From the NCBI RefSeq assembly GCF_025397995.1, contig NZ_CP104550.1:1299775-1323774 (forward strand): a stretch of 24,000 nucleotides of DNA, read 5' to 3'. A program made the translations under genes and the position numbers. Shown piece after piece: positions 9,525 to 15,922 of this stretch (position 1 is its first letter; each line of letters opens with the position of its first letter). The DNA is from Methanothermobacter wolfeii (GTDB taxonomy: Archaea > Methanobacteriota > Methanobacteria > Methanobacteriales > Methanothermobacteraceae). The notes under the pieces are model-generated. The model did no database searches. It saw only the letters and a list, made by a program, of their open reading frames with translations, and was not told the DNA's origin.

Positions 9525-10154
9525 TTAATCATGGCCTTCCTTCTTTTTCTTAACAGTTGCCCATGATTTCCTGACAAAGTCAGGCAGTTCATCGTAGCTG
9601 AATCCCTCAAGAAACCTCTTCGTCCTTGGATCGCTTGGGTAACCTGAACCTATATCCCCGAGTTTGCGGTTTTTCTTCCTTATCTTCTCTATCTCAAGGT
9701 CCCTTTCAACCTTGGCTATTATTGATGCTGCTGCAACAGGGTAATAGCGGGCGTCTGCACCATGCTCGGCCTTCACCTCCATATCCTTGAAGTGTGCCCT
9801 GATCTCATCCTCAAGCCTTGAGGGCTTCACATCAACCGAGTCTATTATGACACGGTCCGGCTGGGCCTCCATGATTATCCGCCTTATTGCTATCTTCTCT
9901 ATTTCATTGAGGTTGAATCCACGGGCACGCATCGCATCGATATCTGAGGCGCTGATTTTCACCGTGAAGACCCTTGCGATTCTCTGTATCTTCCTTGCAA
10001 GGAACCGTCTCCTCTCAGGGGTGAGTTTCTTCGAGTCTTTTATACCCATCTTCCTGAGTATCGAGAATTTCCTCTCAGGAACCATCACCCCGGCAACCAC
10101 AAGGGGTCCTATGACCGGGCCCCTGCCTGCTTCATCAATTCCAAGGACCTTCAT
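9525..10154 (-). CDS. rnhB: Ribonuclease HII
   Basis: 209-aa ORF with the N-terminal GIDEAGRGPVIGPLVVAG motif (catalytic DEAGRG) and a later DSK motif. Confidence 0.93.
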   Translation of the reverse strand: MKVLGIDEAGRGPVIGPLVVAGVMVPERKFSILRKMGIKDSKKLTPERRRFLARKIQRIARVFTVKISASDIDAMRARGFNLNEIEKIAIRRIIMEAQPDRVIIDSVDVKPSRLEDEIRAHFKDMEVKAEHGADARYYPVAAASIIAKVERDLEIEKIRKKNRKLGDIGSGYPSDPRTKRFLEGFSYDELPDFVRKSWATVKKKKEGHD

Positions 10155-10160
10155 GCAATC

Positions 10161-10167
10161 AAAAAAA
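10161..10167 (-). terminator. T7 run (minus strand) in the 18-nt gap between mreB and rnhB; possible partial terminator
   Basis: The minus strand reads TAA-aattaTTTTTTTgattg-ATG. No obvious Shine-Dalgarno sequence precedes rnhB. Confidence 0.3.
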
Positions 10168-10172
10168 TAATT

Positions 10173-11246
10173 TTATTTCATGGCCTTCAGCCTTACCTCC
10201 GGCTCAAGGGCCCTTGGTTCAGCTGCGACAATTGCGGCTCCCTTTGCAACCACGGTCATGGGGTCGTCGGATATCTCAACAGGGATGCCCACCTCTTCAA
10301 ATATCCTCTCCTTAATGCCTCTGAGCTGTGAGGTTCCACCCACAACCACGGTCTTATTGTAGACACCAGAGATCAGTTCAGGTGAGAGCCTTTCAAGCAC
10401 GGCGGCTATGGAGTTGACTATACCTTTAACAAGTGGTTCGGCGGCCTCAGCAACCATTTCAGAATCTATTTCAACCTTCTTGGGTTTGTTTGTTTCCATG
10501 CACTTCCCTATAACTACCGTCTTGAGATTCTCAAGGTCTTCGCTGCATTTGACCATTCCAACCTCTATCTTGGCCTTCTCTGCTTCATGTATGCCTATTT
10601 CCACGTTGAATTTTTCCTTTACAAGTTCAACTATGTTGCTGTCTATATCGTCACCGCCAATCCTTATGGTCTCGATGTCGGTGATTCCTCCAAGGGATAT
10701 TACAACAATGTCACTTGAACCCGCACCTATATCCACCACCATGGTACCTGAGGCCTCTGCTATTGGTAGACCCGCACCTATGGCGGCTGCCAGACCCTCA
10801 CTTATGACAAGAACATAATTTGCCCCTGCCTTTCTCCCTATCTCTTCCACAGCGTTCCTCTCAACCTCTGATGCATCCCCAGGTATGCCTATCACAATCC
10901 TATCTATGGATTCAGAGTCCCCTGCACCGAGCTCCATTGCATATACAAGCAGGGCCTCCGCCTGGGCCACACTCTCAATGACACCCTTCCTGAGGGGTCT
11001 TACTGCTATGATGTCTTCAGGGGTCCTTCCAAGCATCATCTTTGCCTCTTCACCCACTGCAAGGACATATGAGGGGTCCTCCTTCTTAACAGCCACGACT
11101 GAAGGAATCTTGTAAATATCAAATTTGTCCCCTGCTGGCTTGGCAACCACGGTATTGAGGGTACCGAGGTCTATGCCAAGGGTGTTGGCAATGGCCGCCC
11201 TTTTTTCATCTTTTTTTTCCTCGTTCTTCTTTCCAAATGAAAACAT
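10173..11246 (-). CDS. mreB: Actin-like rod-shape protein MreB
   Basis: Collinear with bacterial MreB by eye, using my recollection of the T. maritima protein: GIDLGTLNT, PLRKGVI, VVDIGAGSSD, IRIGGDDID, VVGGTSQLRG, AKGAAI. The ORF extends to 11285, but ATG at 11246 (MFSFGKKNEEKK...) follows GAGGAGGAG and lies 1 nt after the upstream gene's TAG. Confidence 0.9.
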   Translation of the reverse strand: MFSFGKKNEEKKDEKRAAIANTLGIDLGTLNTVVAKPAGDKFDIYKIPSVVAVKKEDPSYVLAVGEEAKMMLGRTPEDIIAVRPLRKGVIESVAQAEALLVYAMELGAGDSESIDRIVIGIPGDASEVERNAVEEIGRKAGANYVLVISEGLAAAIGAGLPIAEASGTMVVDIGAGSSDIVVISLGGITDIETIRIGGDDIDSNIVELVKEKFNVEIGIHEAEKAKIEVGMVKCSEDLENLKTVVIGKCMETNKPKKVEIDSEMVAEAAEPLVKGIVNSIAAVLERLSPELISGVYNKTVVVGGTSQLRGIKERIFEEVGIPVEISDDPMTVVAKGAAIVAAEPRALEPEVRLKAMK

Positions 11247-11247
11247 T

Positions 11248-11889
11248 CTACTCCTCCTCAACGATATCTTTAAAGTCAACTGCAAATATGTTATTTCTTG
11301 ATGCTATCTCACATATCCTCCTGACGTCATCCCTTTCATGAACCGAGATGAGAAGGGTTACAAGGACAACATCGGTGACCTTGAATAGGGGGTCTACTAT
11401 GTTCCTTATGAAGCCTGAGAGTTTCTCTGTCAGATAAACATCAGTTTCTATGAAACCCGTTGTCCTGTCTTCAAGGATGAATGAGAATCCTATGCTGTTT
11501 TTTTCAGCTTCACCTGCAAATTTCTTCATTGCATCCTCTGGTGCTACTAGAAGTACAAGGTTGGGTTCATTCTCCACATAATAGGGGGCTATCTTGATGA
11601 AGGCGCCCCCGTTATCCTTACATATAAGTGAAAGGTCCCTTATCTTGTTACTGTCACCATAGACCATTATAAAATCAAATCTTTTTCTTACAAAGGAATC
11701 CCTGATGGTAACGTGCTCTCTGAAAAGTATCTTCACAAGATCCTTTGAAGCAATCGACTCGTAGGCAACCGAGTTAACCATGTCCTCGTTACCTGCAATG
11801 ACCGCCCACAGCTTATCTGAACTCTGGGTCGTTGAAACCTTCGCGGCCTTCCTGAGGACCTTTATCTTGCTTTCTATCATCACCATCAC
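11248..11889 (-). CDS. Hypothetical soluble alpha/beta protein with an acidic C-terminal tail, translationally coupled to mreB
   Basis: 213-aa ORF with no TM segment and no motif I recognise. It ends ...DFKDIVEEE*. Its last codons (GAGGAGGAG) form the mreB ribosome-binding site. The start is ambiguous between 11880 and 11889. Confidence 0.6.
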   Translation of the reverse strand: MMVMIESKIKVLRKAAKVSTTQSSDKLWAVIAGNEDMVNSVAYESIASKDLVKILFREHVTIRDSFVRKRFDFIMVYGDSNKIRDLSLICKDNGGAFIKIAPYYVENEPNLVLLVAPEDAMKKFAGEAEKNSIGFSFILEDRTTGFIETDVYLTEKLSGFIRNIVDPLFKVTDVVLVTLLISVHERDDVRRICEIASRNNIFAVDFKDIVEEE

Positions 11890-11961
11890 GTCTTCAATAT
11901 GAAAGGAACTTTCTGGAGAAATCCAATGAAAAAATGTGTTTGGAGCTGATTAGAATAATCT

Positions 11962-11992
11962 TCAGTGAATCAGTATATATATATTTCACTGA
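11962..11992. promoter_or_regulatory. Perfect 8-bp inverted repeat (TCAGTGAA / TTCACTGA) flanking a (TA)n TATA-like core in the divergent intergenic region
   Basis: TCAGTGAA at 11962-11969 and TTCACTGA at 11985-11992, with the spacer tcagtatatatatat. It lies roughly midway between the divergent starts at about 11889 (minus) and 12073 (plus). Confidence 0.4.
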
Positions 11993-12072
11993 TAATTAAA
12001 GTCCATAGAACCCCTCTCACATGACCATGTTCCCATTCATGTTGAGTTTCGGGGGAGTCTGCAGGTGATGAT

Positions 12073-12738
12073 GTGTTCGTTAAGGGTGTTGCAAAGAGGG
12101 TCAGTTTTCTGATAAGCGTGGCAACCATCCCCTTCCTTCTGGGTTATCACGCGGTGAGTATACTTATGTTCACTATTATCGCATTCATGATGCAGTTTTT
12201 CAGGGATCCTGAGAGAAGGTCGCCTCCTGAAAGAGACCTGATCGTAGCCCCGGCAGATGGCAGACGATTCTCCGGGAAGATTGACCGTATAGAGGAGGTT
12301 GGACCTGACTATCCCCTCATCGACAGGATATTTTCTGATGGAAGCGGTGGTCTCCTCATAAGCACCTTCATGTCACCCTTCGATGTCCATGTTAACAGGT
12401 CCCCCGTAACCGGGAAGGTTGTATACACCGAGCACCTTGACGGTAAGTTCAGGGTTGCCAGGTCAAGTATACTGACTGAGAACGAGAAAAACTTAATTGT
12501 AATAGAAACAGATTACGGTAACGTTGGAGTTATACAGATAGCAGGTTTCGTTGCCAGGAGAATAGTCCAGTACGTTGAGGAAGGGGATCATGTTGAGAAG
12601 GGGTGCCGTATAGGTATGATAAGGTTCGGTTCAAGGGTGGACCTTATACTGCCAGGAAACTGTGAGGTCCTTGTTGATACAGGTTCAAGGCCAAAGGCCG
12701 GGGAGACCGTTGTTGCAAGGTTCAGAGAAAACATTTAA
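12073..12738 (+). CDS. psd: Archaetidylserine (phosphatidylserine) decarboxylase proenzyme
   Basis: 221-aa ORF with a GTG start after AGGTGA. It has an N-terminal hydrophobic segment and the FGS self-cleavage (pyruvoyl-forming) site, with the Gly-Ser codons at 12628-12633. Confidence 0.88.
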   Translation: MFVKGVAKRVSFLISVATIPFLLGYHAVSILMFTIIAFMMQFFRDPERRSPPERDLIVAPADGRRFSGKIDRIEEVGPDYPLIDRIFSDGSGGLLISTFMSPFDVHVNRSPVTGKVVYTEHLDGKFRVARSSILTENEKNLIVIETDYGNVGVIQIAGFVARRIVQYVEEGDHVEKGCRIGMIRFGSRVDLILPGNCEVLVDTGSRPKAGETVVARFRENI

Positions 12739-12903
12739 GTCCTTAATTATAAACTTAACTTGGACAGGAACAGGAATCAGATTCAGGATATGAAAACGTT
12801 TAAGGATGAAAACCGACTAATGTCATGGTTCAAAGAAAGATTCTCAATGGAAAATCACCTTAGATTTAGTAGTTTATTAATTGAAAAATGACGCGGGGTC
12901 ATT

Positions 12904-13614
12904 ATGAAGGATTCATTTAACAAGGAAGAAAGAAGGATAACATCGTTTATAGGAATCCCTGATATTATATCCATGCTCAACGCTTCTTCAGGATACTTAT
13001 CAATTATTTTATCCATTAACGGGTTCTTTGATGCTGCATGCATACTTATGCTCACAGCCATGATCTTTGATTCCATGGATGGCTGGTTTGCCAGGAGGAG
13101 TGGAAGGACCGGGACCGGATTCGGAAAGAACATCGACTCCCTTTCAGATATAGTTTCATTTGGTGTTGCCCCGGCCATCTTTATCTATTCAGCAGGCGCC
13201 AGCTTTAAATATATTAATATATCAGTAGGTCTCTTAATAGTATTATGTGGTATACTGAGACTTTCAAGGTTCAATGTCCTCACAGGGGGTGTGAAAAACT
13301 TCACGGGTCTGCCAATACCCGTAGCGGCACTGATGCTATCATCATTCTATCTCACAGGATTCTACAGTGAAACTGCTGCAGCCATTCTGATGCTGGCTGT
13401 TTCTATCCTCATGGTGAGCAGTGTTGAATATCCCAAGGTTAGTGGGAAAAGTGCCTTGATGGTGCTTTTGCTGATAATGGTGGCAATCATAACGGGTCTT
13501 ATGACAGGCGCCATTTCAGGCCCCGTTTCGACCATGCTTTTCATTGCCACGATTATCTACATTATAATACCCATAACATCAATGAGACGTGATCTAAATG
13601 CTGGACAAAATTAA
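12904..13614 (+). CDS. pssA: CDP-archaeol:L-serine O-archaetidyltransferase (archaetidylserine synthase; CDP-alcohol phosphotransferase family)
   Basis: 236-aa polytopic ORF. The CDP-alcohol phosphotransferase motif DGWFAR-x9-G-x3-D-x3-D is encoded at 13078-13149. Confidence 0.9.
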   Translation: MKDSFNKEERRITSFIGIPDIISMLNASSGYLSIILSINGFFDAACILMLTAMIFDSMDGWFARRSGRTGTGFGKNIDSLSDIVSFGVAPAIFIYSAGASFKYINISVGLLIVLCGILRLSRFNVLTGGVKNFTGLPIPVAALMLSSFYLTGFYSETAAAILMLAVSILMVSSVEYPKVSGKSALMVLLLIMVAIITGLMTGAISGPVSTMLFIATIIYIIIPITSMRRDLNAGQN

Positions 13615-14899
13615 AGGTGATGACCGGGATAAGAAAAATCCTCCAGATCTCCGTAAAAACATCAGAAAAGAAGGATCAGATGTTGGGGATAAGTTAAAGG
13701 GACTTGTAGGTAAATTTGGTGGTGGAGAAGACGGTTCAAAGAAAAAGAGGGAACCGCGTCCCATGCCAAGGCCCCGTTTAAAATCACGCGAAACCAGGAA
13801 ACCCGAAAAGGCGCCTTTAAAATCAGAATCAGGTGAGAAACCGAAACCTAGACTTACTCCACCCCCCAAGAGACCAGGAGGGTCATCTGGAGGTATAGGA
13901 AGACGCATCCCCGAGGAGGATCAGAAAACCATTGTGGGTGCGGTTGTTTTTGGCGTTATACTCATGATACTCGTAGGTGCCGGTTACTACTTCCTTGTGT
14001 ACCAGCCATACCAGGAGGTCCTCCAGAACGCCAAGGCAACGAAGATCGCCGAGGTGGATGCACTGTTCAAGGGGCCCCTTGCAACAGATCCACAGAAACA
14101 GGCCATCCTTGCCCAGATAGATGGTGCCACGACTCCAGAGGAAGTCCTTGCCGTGGACGTGGTTGGGCCGGCTACACAGTCCTGGAGAACCTATCAGAAC
14201 CAGCAGATAAACCTGAAGAAGGATCGTGTTAACAGGGTAATGGTGAACTACACCGACAATGGTCAGGAAAAGCGCGTTATAATGAAGGTTGATGATGCCA
14301 AGAAGTTCGTGAGCCAGGCAGATGCAACGGTTCTTGCCAATACCCAGATCCAGACCCCTGACACGGTGGCGGTGCCCATAATGATCACACGTCTTCAGGC
14401 TGCAGGAGGCCTGATAAGTGTCGGTAGCATGGTGGACGTCTACCTCAGGCAGAATAACACAAATAACACAGCACCATCATCATCGACACCAAAGATAAGC
14501 GGTGCCACCGTGCTTGCAATCCTGCGTTCAAAGGACAGTGGAACGGTGGATGCCAGGATACTGAACACCCAGCGCCTCACACTCAACTCAATAACGTCCC
14601 AGAGTGAAAATGAAAGGACATCATCAACTGACGTTGAACAGCTCCTTAGAGCAGCGGCATCAGGAGGCCTCAACGAGGCTGAAATCAATGCAATACTTCA
14701 GAATTATGGTATACGGCTTTCAGATTACGAGAGATCCTCAAACCTGGGTGAACTGGAAGCAAACTACCTCATAATCCTTGAGGTGCCCAGAGAGGACGTT
14801 CTGTTCCTCATACAGAACATGGACAGCGTAATCCTTACCGTGCCGACACAGAACGCGCCTGACTGGATGATAAGGGAGCTGCAGAGGATATACGGATAA
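13598..14899 (+). CDS. Single-pass membrane protein with a basic Pro/Lys-rich N-terminal region and a CpaB/RcpC-like (SAF/beta-clip-like) ectodomain
   Basis: 433-aa ORF whose start overlaps the pssA stop by 17 nt. The TM segment IVGAVVFGVILMILVGAGYYFLVY is encoded at about 13928-14002. The C-terminal half has CpaB-like strings (ISVGSMVDVYL..., ISGATVLAILRS, ANYLIILEVPREDVLFL). The family assignment is by eye only. Confidence 0.55.
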   Translation: MLDKIKGDDRDKKNPPDLRKNIRKEGSDVGDKLKGLVGKFGGGEDGSKKKREPRPMPRPRLKSRETRKPEKAPLKSESGEKPKPRLTPPPKRPGGSSGGIGRRIPEEDQKTIVGAVVFGVILMILVGAGYYFLVYQPYQEVLQNAKATKIAEVDALFKGPLATDPQKQAILAQIDGATTPEEVLAVDVVGPATQSWRTYQNQQINLKKDRVNRVMVNYTDNGQEKRVIMKVDDAKKFVSQADATVLANTQIQTPDTVAVPIMITRLQAAGGLISVGSMVDVYLRQNNTNNTAPSSSTPKISGATVLAILRSKDSGTVDARILNTQRLTLNSITSQSENERTSSTDVEQLLRAAASGGLNEAEINAILQNYGIRLSDYERSSNLGELEANYLIILEVPREDVLFLIQNMDSVILTVPTQNAPDWMIRELQRIYG

Positions 14900-14957
14900 A
14901 TGAACCTTTTTATTGGGGGGATAATTTAATTTATTATTGATAGGTGGGGAATGTCAT

Positions 14958-15887
14958 ATGCGAAGAAGGTTGTGTATTCTTATACTTGCTTTAATGCTGC
15001 TTTCTGCTGCGGTAGTCCCTGAGAGCGGATCAGCAGCAAAGGAAACATGGGTGAAGGAAAACCCTTCTGCAACAAGCTTCAGACTGAAGGACCTTACAGC
15101 CGTTATAACCGTTAAGATAAAAAACAACGACAAAAACGTCCAGTACTTCAAGATAGGCCATGTCTATCAGGGAAGCCTTCAGGAGAACAGCACGATAAAA
15201 TGGATAATCCAGTGGACGGATCCAGCAGCTATTAAGATGGTTAAGTCAAGGACCCCTGAACTTGGAGGTGACTATGGATGGAAGATCAAACCAGGGGAGA
15301 CAAAGACGGTATCCTTCGGTCTGCAGGCAACAGGGGAAATGGGTGAGATCCCGAGTTACATAGTAAATGTTGAGTCAGATGACAGTAACTACTGGCCGAT
15401 CCTAAATGAGCCGGGATTAATGTCATCATGGTTCATACCAAATGAGATAGAAGTCCTGAACCCATCCCTTGATCTTAAGTACTGGAAGGGAACCTTCGGC
15501 TTCACACTGATAAACATCGATGATGAGAGGGTTTCAGGTATCGTCAGGGCCCCCATTGCACCTGTAAATTCAAGGGTGATCTACAGCAGCCCCCAGGCAT
15601 TCTCCGATGACAACCTGTTTGTCAGCACACAGGTCGCTGCATGGGATGTTACCATGGATCCTGAAACATCCCAGAGGTTCATCTACACCTATGAATGGCC
15701 TGCAAAGATAACAGGGGGTATGCCTCAACAGGCAGCGGCGGTTACTACCCACCGGGAACCCTCTACGGGACCACAGGTTCATCATCAGGGTTTCCAGGTC
15801 AGAAAAACAGGGGCGCCCTACGGTCCGCTGGTCATAGGGGCCCTTGTAACAGCGGCAGCAGTGGCATACACGAGGCTAATGCGCTGA
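14958..15887 (+). CDS. Secreted beta-rich protein with an N-terminal signal peptide and a C-terminal hydrophobic, basic anchor (candidate sortase substrate)
   Basis: The ORF opens at 14937, but ATG at 14958 follows GGTGGGG and gives MRRRLCILILALMLLSAAVVPESGSA|AKE. The C-terminus is ...EPSTGPQVHHQGFQVRKTGAPYGPLVIGALVTAAAVAYTRLMR*. Confidence 0.8.
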   Translation: MRRRLCILILALMLLSAAVVPESGSAAKETWVKENPSATSFRLKDLTAVITVKIKNNDKNVQYFKIGHVYQGSLQENSTIKWIIQWTDPAAIKMVKSRTPELGGDYGWKIKPGETKTVSFGLQATGEMGEIPSYIVNVESDDSNYWPILNEPGLMSSWFIPNEIEVLNPSLDLKYWKGTFGFTLINIDDERVSGIVRAPIAPVNSRVIYSSPQAFSDDNLFVSTQVAAWDVTMDPETSQRFIYTYEWPAKITGGMPQQAAAVTTHREPSTGPQVHHQGFQVRKTGAPYGPLVIGALVTAAAVAYTRLMR

Positions 15888-15897
15888 CCCATTAACC

Positions 15898-15908
15898 TTT
15901 ATTTTTTT
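15898..15908 (+). terminator. Oligo-T tract (TTTATTTTTTT) between the candidate substrate gene and the sortase gene
   Basis: It starts 11 nt after the stop at 15885-15887 and lies immediately upstream of the sortase ribosome-binding site (AGGGGGGA). It may act as an intra-operon attenuator. Confidence 0.35.
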
Positions 15909-15922
15909 AAAGGGGGGACCTC

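Noticed and set aside
11160-11246. T-rich runs on the plus strand (ttttttcatcttttttttcc) that look like terminators.
   Set aside because: They lie inside the mreB coding region on the opposite strand, where they encode the Lys/Glu-rich N-terminal extension. They are not in a position to terminate any plus-strand gene.
12855-13178. A 107-aa minus-strand ORF overlapping the pssA start.
   Set aside because: It is antisense to a gene with a perfect CDP-alcohol phosphotransferase motif, and it has no motifs or ribosome-binding site of its own.
13594-13908. A 104-aa minus-strand ORF opposite the 5' end of the CpaB-like gene.
   Set aside because: It is an artefact of the purine-rich low-complexity coding sequence on the plus strand. 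It gives a Pro/Gly/Ser/Leu-rich translation, has no ribosome-binding site, and overlaps the pssA stop.
15695-15895. An alternative-frame ORF inside the 3' end of the candidate sortase substrate gives a Gly/Ser/Thr/Tyr-rich, stalk-like peptide (STGSGGYYPPGTLYGTTGSSSGFPGQKN). It is bounded by homopolymers (G5 at 15714-15718; A5 at 15803-15807 and G4 at 15810-13813), which hints at two compensating frameshift errors.
   Set aside because: It would require two independent indels, and the annotated frame is open throughout and ends in a coherent TM helix and basic tail. I cannot judge read-level support. It is worth checking against raw reads or orthologues, but I do not call it a frameshift or pseudogene.
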